Shown here: in pieces, positions 1 through 8,473 of the stretch
Position numbering within the stretch: the stretch's first letter is position 1
How the letters are laid out: each line of letters begins with the position of its first letter
Source: Candidatus Moraniibacteriota bacterium
GTDB lineage: Bacteria; Patescibacteriota; Minisyncoccia; Moranbacterales; GWC2-37-73
DNA: 60,337 nucleotides
Assembly (NCBI GenBank): GCA_035325685.1
Contig: DAOKZJ010000002.1
Location: 7,309 to 67,645 of the forward strand
Reading direction: 5' to 3'
The notes under the pieces: generated by a model
Databases searched by the model: none
The model's input: the letters and a program-made list of their open reading frames with translations, nothing else
Told to the model about the DNA's origin: nothing
Position numbers and translations under genes: made by a program

Positions 1-372
1 CAGGTGACGCTGCCGGTGTTGGACGGGCAGGTAACCATTTTGCCGGGTCACCGCTCCTATATTGCCGCGCTCAAGGCCGGAGAAATCATGTTCAAGGAGA
101 ATGGTAAGGAGATATTATTGGCTACGTCCGGGGGTTTTATCGAGTTTAACGCCAATAAATTGGTGGTATTGGCGGATACGGCTGAACGTGCAGAGGAAAT
201 AGATCTCAAGCGCGCCGAGGAAGCGAGGGCGCGTGCGGAAAAACTTAAAGAAGAGAAAGTTTCCCTGGGTGAATTGGAGTATGCCAAAGTGGCGGCGGCG
301 ATTGAAAAAGAATTGGCTCGCGTGAAAGTGGCGCGCAAACACCGCACCAAGCGCGGTCTCAAAATTGACTAA
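1..372 (+). CDS. atpC: F0F1 ATP synthase epsilon subunit, 5'-truncated at window edge
   Basis: Frame open from nt 1. The translation (LPVLDGQVTILPGH..GGFIEF..) followed by a helical AEE/ARA-rich C-terminus is typical of AtpC. Confidence 0.85.
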   Translation, partial: QVTLPVLDGQVTILPGHRSYIAALKAGEIMFKENGKEILLATSGGFIEFNANKLVVLADTAERAEEIDLKRAEEARARAEKLKEEKVSLGELEYAKVAAAIEKELARVKVARKHRTKRGLKID

Positions 373-507
373 AATAAGTTCAAAATTACAAATACAAAGA
401 GCTGAAGCTGAAATAATATTAAACTGCCAAGGCTTTAATAAGAAAAACTTTTTGAAAATTTTAATCCGGATTTGCAAAAAGTGGCTCGATTTCCAATTTG
501 CAATAAT

Positions 508-1533
508 ATGGAACAAAAAATTAAAACACTCATTGAGTTAAATCAAAAACATTCGGAACTTTATTGCGCGCAGCGTTTGGAGCGCGCGCTTTACAAGGCT
601 AAACATCCAACCAGGGTGGTGGCTTTTAAATGCATGGATGGACGCATTCATTTGCCAGCCATTACGCATACGCCACTGGGCATAATCAGGCCGTACCGCA
701 ATATCGGCGGAAAGTTTGATCTGGGTTGGCCGCTGCTCAACATTTCTTTTGATAGGTCCGTGGAGGGGGCTATTGCCCGGGGTGACCGTGTGTTGGTGTT
801 GGTCACTTATCATTATTCCGCGGGCAGTGAGCATCGTGGCTGCGCAGGTTTTCATTATGATTGCGAGGAAGCCAAGCGCTTCACTGCTACTTTCAAAGAG
901 CAGATCGAGCGGGTTTACGGCAAAGGCAGTCAGGTGGTGGTGCCAATCCTGGTGGGTGTGGAAACAGACAAGGACGCAATGATTTTGCACGGGGCAACCG
1001 GAGAAATAGTGGACCTTTCGACTGTGGAACAAGCGGACGAGGAGGATCTGCGCATCATGTTGCGGCGTCTGTATCCGCAAATGCCCGAACGTGTAGTGGA
1101 GGACTTGTTGCCATTGGTTGCGGGCAATATCGGGCATATCGCCAAGATTAAGGGGCAAAAACCGCTAAGTGAATTGGAGCATGGGGAATGGGTGTTGGCC
1201 GTGGGCAAGGGCTTCGACTGGTTGCACACGCCAAACATGGCTTTGATTGTGGGACCTTATGATCCGAACATCGGCGAACCCATTAAAACGGCTGCCAGTA
1301 TTATCAAGGGCAATTTGGAGGCCGGGAGGATTGAGCGCAACGGGTTTGTGATTCTCTCTTCGGCGATTTGCGCTGATGCGTATGAGCGGTTGCGCGCTAT
1401 CGAGCGTTCCAGGTATATGAGCTCTTTGACTAAAGAGATTGTGGAAAAAAATTATCCGGAAATAGTGGAGAAGATGCACATAATGAGCGTGATTATCGAC
1501 CAGAACACCATGAAGATGGAGGTTGTTGATTAG
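508..1533 (+). CDS. Conserved hypothetical protein with a beta-carbonic-anhydrase-like Zn-site signature (C42-x-D44-x-R46 ... H109-x-x-C112)
   Basis: Long ORF. I chose ATG 508 (MEQKIK) over the upstream in-frame 472. The motifs KCMDGRI and EHRGCAG were seen in the translation. Confidence 0.6.
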   Translation: MEQKIKTLIELNQKHSELYCAQRLERALYKAKHPTRVVAFKCMDGRIHLPAITHTPLGIIRPYRNIGGKFDLGWPLLNISFDRSVEGAIARGDRVLVLVTYHYSAGSEHRGCAGFHYDCEEAKRFTATFKEQIERVYGKGSQVVVPILVGVETDKDAMILHGATGEIVDLSTVEQADEEDLRIMLRRLYPQMPERVVEDLLPLVAGNIGHIAKIKGQKPLSELEHGEWVLAVGKGFDWLHTPNMALIVGPYDPNIGEPIKTAASIIKGNLEAGRIERNGFVILSSAICADAYERLRAIERSRYMSSLTKEIVEKNYPEIVEKMHIMSVIIDQNTMKMEVVD

Positions 1534-1559
1534 GCATTATTTTTTCCGGTTTGACAATA

Positions 1560-1588
1560 TTGACGATAAGTATAAAGGGCAATATAAT
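1560..1588 (+). promoter_or_regulatory. Sigma70-like promoter, TTGACG-17-TATAAT, whose -10 abuts the terminator hairpin
   Basis: TTGACG at 1560-1565 and TATAAT at 1583-1588, with a 17-nt spacer. Confidence 0.45.
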
Positions 1589-1626
1589 CTGAAATTATCG
1601 GCATTTGCCGATAATTTCAGATTTTT
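1587..1626 (+). terminator. Intrinsic terminator
   Basis: Perfect 16-bp stem ATCTGAAATTATCGGC / GCCGATAATTTCAGAT with a 4-nt loop, then a T-run. Confidence 0.8.
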
Positions 1627-1687
1627 GTTTGTTTGACAATCTATAGGCCGTCTTTGAGGCGGTAAAACCAAGAGATAGGAGGAGTAT

Positions 1688-2215
1688 ATGGGTAAAGTCT
1701 TCTTGAAAGAAGAGGAAGTTTTGCAGGTGAGAGAGTTGAAGAAGATGGGCATCTTGCGTCCTTTTTCTGAAGAGGAAGTCAGGGGTCGTACTAAGAACGG
1801 TGGGGTGGCTATACTTTGTGGTGATGGCGATATTGACGCCCGTGGTTACCACAAGAGGGTCATAACTAATCGCCCGCACAGCATTATGATTTTTGGTGGT
1901 CCGATTATTTTCGCCAAAACATTTAAGGGTTATGACGGTGGCTTGGTGGATGGGCTGGCAAGGAACATGGGTTGGGGTCGTGTCGCCAAGGAGACTAGTG
2001 CGAAATTTCTTTATCCTCATTGGCCTTGCGGTGTGGGCGGGATGCATGGTTATACAATGATTGACGTGCTTAACCTCATGATTGAGGTGGAGCAGTTTTT
2101 CAAGGAGTATTCTCGAAGGGTGTACAGTTTTTTCCATGTGGCGAAGAAATTTGCCGATCATGAGGAACAAAATACATATGAGCTTTTTTTGCCGGAAAGG
2201 GGTGTGGATCTTTAA
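1688..2215 (+). CDS. Hypothetical protein, paralog-like to the upstream ORF (C44-x-D46 ... H111-x-x-C114)
   Basis: AGGAGG lies 6 nt upstream of the ATG. The ORF is 175 aa. The Cys-to-His spacing is the same as in the 508..1533 product. Confidence 0.65.
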   Translation: MGKVFLKEEEVLQVRELKKMGILRPFSEEEVRGRTKNGGVAILCGDGDIDARGYHKRVITNRPHSIMIFGGPIIFAKTFKGYDGGLVDGLARNMGWGRVAKETSAKFLYPHWPCGVGGMHGYTMIDVLNLMIEVEQFFKEYSRRVYSFFHVAKKFADHEEQNTYELFLPERGVDL

Positions 2216-2235
2216 GAGGGGCACGATTTTCGAAA

Positions 2236-2266
2236 GTGCTGTCGACAATGTCGGCAGCGCTTTTTT
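2236..2266 (+). terminator. Intrinsic terminator
   Basis: 9-bp stem GCTGTCGAC/GTCGGCAGC with a 3-nt loop, followed by T6. Confidence 0.7.
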
Positions 2267-2316
2267 GCAAACATAAAAAAATCCCCATTTTTTCAAACGG
2301 AGATTTTTCCTTCGGG

Positions 2317-2400
2317 TGCCCGAGGCGAGACTCGAACTCGCATGATGTTGCCATCGGAGGATTTTGAGTCCTCTGCGTCTACCAATTCCACCACCCGGGC
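2317..2400 (-). tRNA. tRNA-Leu (anticodon CAA), class II with a long variable arm
   Basis: Reverse complement GCCCGGG..GAGGA-CUCAAAA-UCCUC..GCGAG-UUCGAGU-CUCGC-CUCGGGC-A. The cloverleaf was folded by hand. CCA is not encoded. Confidence 0.9.
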
Positions 2401-2461
2401 TTCTGTAATTTTGCTTCAAATAAGCTATTTTGCAGCTAAGCTACTTTTTCAGGATAGCTAT

Positions 2462-2490
2462 TTGAAAGGCATTTGTCAATGTGCTAGAAT
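2462..2490 (+). promoter_or_regulatory. Candidate parA promoter, TTGAAA-17-TAGAAT
   Basis: Hexamers at 2462-2467 and 2485-2490. Confidence 0.4.
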
Positions 2491-2580
2491 ACCCACATAA
2501 CATAAAACATGAAATATGTAACAAGCACGCAGCAAACCCCGTGTTTTTGTTAGATTTTTTATGCTCCATGCTTTACCACG
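2491..2580 (+). repeat. CATAA/CATG word-repeat leader (ACATAACATAAAACATGAAATATGTAAC ... ATGCTCCATGCTTTAC)
   Basis: Shares the 14-mer TAACATAAAACATG and ATGCTnCATGCT words with the spacer at 59866-60005. Confidence 0.7.
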
Positions 2581-3354
2581 ATGGCTAAAATAATTTCATT
2601 TATTAACCAAAAAGGCGGGGTGGGTAAAACCACTACGGCAGTTAATTTGGCCGGCTATTTGGCGGATATGGACAGAAACGTCCTTTTGGTGGATTTGGAT
2701 CCGCAAGGCAACGCCTCTTCGGGACTCGGTTTTGATATTCGCTCCGAGCATAAGGGCTTGTACGATGCCTTGGTGGCGGGGGAGCCGGCCAGGGGACTTA
2801 TTGTGCGTCCCGAGGGCGCCAATCATGATATTTTGCCCGCCTCGCAGGACTTGGCCGGAGCGGGGGTGGAAATGGTTCATTTTGAAAATCGCGAATACCG
2901 CATGTATGAAGTTCTCAGGCAGGTGCGTGCGGATTATGACTACATCATCATCGACTCTCCGCCGAGCTTGGGGCTTTTGACGATCAATGGTTTGGTGGCC
3001 AGCGATGCGGTCATCATTCCGGTGCAGACCGAATATTATGCCCTGGAAGGGTTGAGCCAGCTGCTCAGCACCATCAAGCTGGTGCAGACTCATTTGCAAC
3101 CCAAGCTGGAAATTATGGGAGCGGTGCTTACCATGTACGACAGGCGTAACAGACTTGCGCGCCAGGTGGTTAAGGAAATGCGGGAACATTTCCCGGGGCG
3201 CGTTTTTGAAAGCGTCATTCCGCGCTCCGTACGCTTGGCGGAAGCGCCCAGTTTCGGCAAATCCATCTTGGGATTTGATGCTTTTTCCAAGGGCGCGCGT
3301 TCGTACAAAAATTTGGCCAAGGAGATTATTGCGTTGGAAGAACGGGTTGATTAG
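2581..3354 (+). CDS. parA: Chromosome partitioning ATPase ParA/Soj
   Basis: Deviant Walker A motif NQKGGVGKTTT and full-length ParA-like sequence. Confidence 0.95.
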   Translation: MAKIISFINQKGGVGKTTTAVNLAGYLADMDRNVLLVDLDPQGNASSGLGFDIRSEHKGLYDALVAGEPARGLIVRPEGANHDILPASQDLAGAGVEMVHFENREYRMYEVLRQVRADYDYIIIDSPPSLGLLTINGLVASDAVIIPVQTEYYALEGLSQLLSTIKLVQTHLQPKLEIMGAVLTMYDRRNRLARQVVKEMREHFPGRVFESVIPRSVRLAEAPSFGKSILGFDAFSKGARSYKNLAKEIIALEERVD

Positions 3355-3384
3355 GTGATTGTTTTAAAATTCTTAAGGTTAAAT

Positions 3385-3487
3385 GCCAAATATCAAATAT
3401 CAAATTAATTTCAAATGATTTAATGCCAACACCGGGCAGAGCGTTATTCATTGATTTGAAATTTGAAATTTGAAATTTGAAATTTTT
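3385..3487. repeat. Heptamer word repeat with dyad arms: (TATCAAA)x2..TTTCAAATGA / unique core / (TTTGAAA)x4
   Basis: TTTGAAA units at 3455, 3462, 3469 and 3476. The complementary TCAAA words lie at 3391-3417. Confidence 0.85.
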
Positions 3488-3491
3488 TATT

Positions 3492-4409
3492 ATGGCGCAA
3501 CAATTCGGATTGGGTAAGGGCCTTTCCTCCCTCATTCCCAATAAGCAAGTTACGGGCGGTGCGGGCGACGATTTCGTATCTGCTGATTTTGAGAAGAAAA
3601 GGGGATCTTCTGGGGAAAATCAGGTGCGTGGTGATAAATATGTGGTTGAAGTGGATATCGACCATGTGGTGCCCAATCCGCATCAGCCCAGGCTTGTTTT
3701 TGACGACATTAAGCTTCAGGAACTTTCCGATTCAATCAAGCAACACGGGGTTATCCAGCCCTTGGTGGTGAGCCGCTCCGGCGCGCTTTATGAACTTATT
3801 GCCGGGGAGCGTCGTTTGCAAGCCTCCAAGTTGGCGGGACTTAAGAAAGTTCCGGTGATTGTGCGCGACGCCGCCGAAAAGGAAAAACTGGAGCTGGCTA
3901 TTATCGAGAATGTGCAAAGGCACGATCTTAATCCGATAGAAGAGGCCAAGGCGTATCAAAAGCTCATGGAAAGCTACCAGCTCAGCCAGGAAGAGGTGGC
4001 GGCCAAGATGGGCAAGAGCCGCTCGCTTGTGGCCAATAAGGTGCGCCTGTTGGCTTTGCCGGCTGAAATCCAGCGCGCCCTTAGCGAGGGGCGGATAACC
4101 GAAGGGCATGCCAAGGCGATTTTGGCTCTGCCGAATGCCGAAAAGCAAAGAGCGCTTTTCGAACTGATTCTTAGGGGTAATTTGACGGTACGTGAAGCGG
4201 AAGACAAGACGCGGGAAGTGAAGGCGGCTTCTCACTTAAGGGTGCGCAAAGCCGATCCGGATATGCAAGCAATTCAAGATCGGATTACGGGTGCGCTCGG
4301 CACCAAAGTACGTCTTTTGCACTCAGGCAAGGGAGGAAGAATAATTATCGAATATTATTCCGCGGAAGATTTGGGATCCCTCTTGGATAAAATAGCTCCG
4401 GAAAATTAG
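3492..4409 (+). CDS. parB: Chromosome partitioning protein ParB/Spo0J
   Basis: MAQQFGLGKGLSSLIP N-terminus, GERR box (IAGERRLQA) and an HTH region. The ATG at 3492 is preferred to the repeat-embedded 3477. Confidence 0.93.
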   Translation: MAQQFGLGKGLSSLIPNKQVTGGAGDDFVSADFEKKRGSSGENQVRGDKYVVEVDIDHVVPNPHQPRLVFDDIKLQELSDSIKQHGVIQPLVVSRSGALYELIAGERRLQASKLAGLKKVPVIVRDAAEKEKLELAIIENVQRHDLNPIEEAKAYQKLMESYQLSQEEVAAKMGKSRSLVANKVRLLALPAEIQRALSEGRITEGHAKAILALPNAEKQRALFELILRGNLTVREAEDKTREVKAASHLRVRKADPDMQAIQDRITGALGTKVRLLHSGKGGRIIIEYYSAEDLGSLLDKIAPEN

Positions 4410-4430
4410 CCAAAGACAAGCATTTCAAAC

Positions 4431-4471
4431 AAACCACCCCTCCAAAGGAGAAAGGGTGGTTTGTTTTTTTT
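4431..4471. terminator. Bidirectional intrinsic terminator
   Basis: AAACCACCC..GGGTGGTTT stem followed by T8. It lies between the convergent parB and relA. Confidence 0.75.
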
Positions 4472-4480
4472 GAAATTTTT

Positions 4481-5974
4481 TCAGAGAAGCCCTGCTCTTC
4501 TCAGTTCGCGGCGGATATGACTCTTGGCCACGGATGTCTTGGTGAAACGCAGCCAATCTTTGTTGGGCACCTTGCGGTCTTTGGCTGTGAGGATTTCTAT
4601 TACCTGGCCGTTGCTTATGCGATGGTCCAAGGTGACCATTTTCCCGTCAGCTTTGGCCCCGGTGGCGTGATTTCCCACCTCGCTATGAATGGCATAAGCG
4701 AAATCTATCGGGGTGGCTCCTTCCGGAAGATCAATGATATCTCCGCGGGGAGTGAAGGCAAAGATATGGTTTTGAAAAAAGTCTATCTTGAGTCCCTCGA
4801 TAAAAGCGTCATCATCCCTTCCCATTTCACTTTGCCATTCCCTTAGCTGTCTGATCCAGATCAGTTCCTTGGAAGGGGTAGGGGTGCGCTTGGGGAAGAT
4901 ATATCTGCGCCAGGAGCGCCGTTTTTTCTCCCGTTCGTGATATATCCAGTGTGCGGCGATACCGAATTCCGCCTCATCGTGCATTTTTTGGGTACGGATC
5001 TGAACCTCTAAAATTTTCCCTTCGGGACCGAAGACGGTGGTATGGAGGGACTGGTATCCATTTGGCTTGGGAAGGGAAATGAAATCTTTGATGCGCCCGA
5101 CCATGGGTCTGAAGCGTCGGTGGACAATTCCCAGCGCTTCGTAGCAATCCGCCACCTCCGGCACTATTACGCGCAGCGCCGCCAAATCATAGATGCGGTT
5201 AATGTCCATGTCGTGCGTGATCAGTTTCATGTAAAGACTGTGCACGCTCTTGCCGCGGCCGTGGATATCTATCACATTTATCCCTCCTTTTTTTAATTCT
5301 TTGCGCAGTTCGCGGATGGATTGGTTGACGTATTTTTCCGTTTCGGAAAATTTCTTGTCCAGAAGTTCCTTGGTCTGGACATACTTTTCTGGCTCAATGT
5401 AGCGAAAGGCCAAATCGGCAAGCTGGGATTTTATCTCGCCTATCCCTAGGCGATTGGCCAAAGGGACGTATACCTCCATGGTTTCGCGCGCGATCCTTTC
5501 GCGCTTTTCCGGGGGAAGCACATTTAGAGTCTGCATGTTATGAAGCCTGTCGGCCAGCTTTATGATAATGACCCGGATGTCGGCAGCCATGGCCATGAGC
5601 ATCTTGCGCAAGTTTTCCAAATAATATTCTTCGTGCGAACCGCGCAGCTTTATTTTGCCCAGCTTGGTTACTCCATCCACTAGCGAAGCTATTTCTTCGC
5701 CGAAAGCTTTGCGCAGCTCCTCCAGGGAAATGGGGGTGTCTTCCGCAGCGTCATGCAGCAGTCCGGCGGCGATTGTTTTGCCGCCCATACCGATTTCGGC
5801 CAAGATTTTGGCTACGGCGATGGGATGTTGCACATAATCCTCCCCGGAAACGCGCTTTTGCCCTTGGTGCGCCGTTTGGGCCAATTCATATGCCTTAGTT
5901 ATCACTTTGACGCGCGCTTCGGAGGGCTTGTTGCGCAAAGCTCCCAAGATGTCGTTAAGTCCCAATTGTGCCAT
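4481..5974 (-). CDS. relA: RelA/SpoT-family (p)ppGpp synthetase/hydrolase (HD + synthetase + TGS; short C-terminus)
   Basis: HD motif (HDAAEDT), RelA_SpoT core, and a TGS-like IFAFTPRGDIIDLPEGATPIDFAY segment. Confidence 0.9.
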   Translation of the reverse strand: MAQLGLNDILGALRNKPSEARVKVITKAYELAQTAHQGQKRVSGEDYVQHPIAVAKILAEIGMGGKTIAAGLLHDAAEDTPISLEELRKAFGEEIASLVDGVTKLGKIKLRGSHEEYYLENLRKMLMAMAADIRVIIIKLADRLHNMQTLNVLPPEKRERIARETMEVYVPLANRLGIGEIKSQLADLAFRYIEPEKYVQTKELLDKKFSETEKYVNQSIRELRKELKKGGINVIDIHGRGKSVHSLYMKLITHDMDINRIYDLAALRVIVPEVADCYEALGIVHRRFRPMVGRIKDFISLPKPNGYQSLHTTVFGPEGKILEVQIRTQKMHDEAEFGIAAHWIYHEREKKRRSWRRYIFPKRTPTPSKELIWIRQLREWQSEMGRDDDAFIEGLKIDFFQNHIFAFTPRGDIIDLPEGATPIDFAYAIHSEVGNHATGAKADGKMVTLDHRISNGQVIEILTAKDRKVPNKDWLRFTKTSVAKSHIRRELRRAGLL

Positions 5975-6050
5975 GTTTTTGGTGATACCAATGAAGGAAG
6001 TTCATATTACCAAGTATAGGAAAAGGGACTGGAAGTAGCAAGCGGGAGTT

Positions 6051-6080
6051 AAAAAAACGGAGCTGGTGGCTCCGTTTTTT
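6051..6080. terminator. Intrinsic terminator downstream of topA
   Basis: AAAAAAACGGAGC-tggt-GGCTCCGTTTTTT. Confidence 0.7.
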
Positions 6081-6093
6081 GCTGTGGAAGATT

Positions 6094-8382
6094 TTACTGC
6101 TCCTGGGAATACCCGCATTCCTTGTTGGAACAAGTTATTTTTCCTTTGGCGGCAAAGGCCAGCGGTTGTCCGCATTTGGGGCACATTTGTCCCGTGGGTT
6201 TGTTCCACATGGCAAAATCGCAATCCGGATAGCGGTTGCAACCGTAAAACATTTTGCCGCGCTTGGATTTGCGTGCCACCACGTCTCCTTGGCCGCACTT
6301 GGGGCACTTGAGGCCGGTCTTTTGCTCAATTTTCATGATGTTTTTGCACTCAGGGTATTTGGAGCATCCCAAAAATGATCCGTAGCGTCCGCGCTTAACC
6401 ACCATGGGTGCGCCGCATTTGTCGCACAGGATGCCGGCTGCCTGCGTGTCCTCCTGTTTTTCTTCCTCGGTTTTTTCGGTATATTTGCAGTTTGGGTAAT
6501 CCGAGCAGGCGATGAATTTGCCAAATCTGCCGTATTTGATCACCAAGGGATTGCCGCACTCGGGGCAATTGCGGTCCAGTTGTTCCTGTTCCTTTTTTAC
6601 TGAGGCGGTTTTTTCTTCCAGATTCTTATGAAAAGGTTCATAGAAGTCGCGGATCACCGGAACCCAGGCTTTTTCCCCCTGGGCCACTTCATCGAAAGAT
6701 TGTTCCATTGTGGCAGTGAAGTCTATGCTTACGATCTGAGGGAAGTGCTCTGCCAATAAATCATTGACCAAAAAACCTATCTCTAAAGGGAAGAGGCGTT
6801 TTTCTTCGTTCTTGTCCACGTAGTTTCTTTCAATAATAGTGGAGATGGTCGGTGCATATGTGGAAGGACGGCCTATCCCGTGTTCTTCCAGGACCTTAAC
6901 CAAAGTGGCTTCGTTGTAACGAGGGGGTTTGCTTGTTTGCTTGGGAAGAATCTCCACTCCCTTCAATTCCAATTCCTGCCCCTTGGAAAGATCCGGAAGC
7001 AATGTATCGCTGGCTGCCTTTTCGCCGTATAACTTAAGATAGCCGTCAAAAATAACGGTCGAGCCGGTGCTGCGCAAAAGATAAGCGTTCTTTTCTCCCC
7101 GGGCTTCAATATCCGCTTTTACTGAATCCAAACGGGCAGCCTGCATCTGGCAGGCAATCATGCGGTTCCAGATCAGGCGGTAAAGCCTGAGCTGGCTTTC
7201 ATCCAGCGCGCTTGCCAAGGACAGCGGCGTATTTTCCGGATAAGTGGGACGAATGGCTTCATGCGCCTCTTGCGCCGATTTGGAGCGCGTCTTGTAATAG
7301 CGAGGGCTTTCTAGGGCATATGCGGAGCCGAATTCCTTTTCGATTGTTTTTCGCGCGGCCATGAGCGACTCGAGTGACAAATTCGTGCTGTCCGTACGCA
7401 TGTAGGTGATGTGCCCTTGCTCGTACAGTTTTTGCGCTACGCTCATTGTCTGCTTGGCGCTCCATCCCAAGGAAGAAATGGCGGCTTGTTGCAGAGTGGA
7501 GGTTGTAAAAGGAGCGGGAGCGGTGCGCTTCGTTTCTTTGCGAGTCAGTTCCTTCACCTTAAAAGACGCCTTCTTTAAATCTTGAGCTATTTCGGCAGCT
7601 TGCTTTTCGGAAGAAATGGAAGTTTTTTTGGTGGAGTAAGGTCCGGCAAAAAGGTTAAGTTCTACCGTCTGTTCTATTTTTTCTCCACCTATTTCCACCA
7701 AAGGGGCTGCAAAGTCAGCTTCTTTGTCTTGAGGGGAGAGTGTTGCGTTTATCGCAAAAAAATCTTCCGCTTCAAATTTTTCTATCTCGCGTTCCCTTTC
7801 CACGATAAGTCTTAAGGCCACGCTCTGCACTCTTCCGGCGCTAAGACCGCGGCGGATTTTTTTCCAAAGAAAAGGGGAGAGTTCATAGCCCACCAAGCGA
7901 TCCAATACGCGGCGCGCCTGCTGAGCATCCACCAGATTGAGGTCTATCTCTCGTGGATTTTCGAGAGCCTTTTTTATAGCGCTTTCCGTGATTTCATGAA
8001 AAACGATCCTGCTGAAAGGCTTGCTCAGTTTTTTTGTTTTCGTTGCCAAAGATTTTTTTGCAAGGGAGGATTTGCCACTTGGGATTTCCAGGCCAAGAGC
8101 TTGGCACAGATGCCAAGAAATAGCTTCTCCTTCGCGGTCTTCATCGGAAGCCAGGATTATTTCTTGCGCTTTTTCGGCAGCTTTCTTGAGTTCGCTCACC
8201 TTGGTGCGTGCCTTGGTGGGGATGACGTAGCGCGGAGTGAAATCTTTCTCGATATCGATGCCCATGTCGCTTTTGGGGAGGTCGCGGACATGCCCAAAAG
8301 AAGACTTCACGTTGAAGCCCTTGCCCAGGAATTTGGAAATAGTTTTGGCTTTGGTGGGGGATTCGACGATTACTAATTTCAT
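6094..8382 (-). CDS. topA: DNA topoisomerase I with C-terminal Zn-ribbon repeats
   Basis: Toprim N-terminus MKLVIVESPTKAKTI, an active-site region, and several CPxCG fingers at the C-terminus. Confidence 0.96.
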   Translation of the reverse strand: MKLVIVESPTKAKTISKFLGKGFNVKSSFGHVRDLPKSDMGIDIEKDFTPRYVIPTKARTKVSELKKAAEKAQEIILASDEDREGEAISWHLCQALGLEIPSGKSSLAKKSLATKTKKLSKPFSRIVFHEITESAIKKALENPREIDLNLVDAQQARRVLDRLVGYELSPFLWKKIRRGLSAGRVQSVALRLIVEREREIEKFEAEDFFAINATLSPQDKEADFAAPLVEIGGEKIEQTVELNLFAGPYSTKKTSISSEKQAAEIAQDLKKASFKVKELTRKETKRTAPAPFTTSTLQQAAISSLGWSAKQTMSVAQKLYEQGHITYMRTDSTNLSLESLMAARKTIEKEFGSAYALESPRYYKTRSKSAQEAHEAIRPTYPENTPLSLASALDESQLRLYRLIWNRMIACQMQAARLDSVKADIEARGEKNAYLLRSTGSTVIFDGYLKLYGEKAASDTLLPDLSKGQELELKGVEILPKQTSKPPRYNEATLVKVLEEHGIGRPSTYAPTISTIIERNYVDKNEEKRLFPLEIGFLVNDLLAEHFPQIVSIDFTATMEQSFDEVAQGEKAWVPVIRDFYEPFHKNLEEKTASVKKEQEQLDRNCPECGNPLVIKYGRFGKFIACSDYPNCKYTEKTEEEKQEDTQAAGILCDKCGAPMVVKRGRYGSFLGCSKYPECKNIMKIEQKTGLKCPKCGQGDVVARKSKRGKMFYGCNRYPDCDFAMWNKPTGQMCPKCGQPLAFAAKGKITCSNKECGYSQEQ

Positions 8383-8473
8383 GCAGGATTGGTGAATTGT
8401 TATATCGCTAAATCGCTAAGAACTGTTTAGCGATTTGGCAAAATGACCATTCCGTCGTTTAAAAGCTAAAGGC

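Noticed and set aside
3385-3487. A CRISPR array or minisatellite interpretation of the heptamer repeats here and at 38101-38256, 46671-46765 and 48903-49077.
   Set aside because: The units are 6-8 nt with no spacers of 25-40 nt and no cas genes. The arrays are 2-4 copies long and lie within operon spacers.
4481-5974. A possibly truncated RelA/SpoT (no ACT/RIS-type C-terminal domain).
   Set aside because: The ORF ends cleanly, with a terminator shared with parB and no downstream frame continuing the domain. Short Rsh forms with HD+SYN+TGS are plausible, so I did not treat this as a pseudogene.
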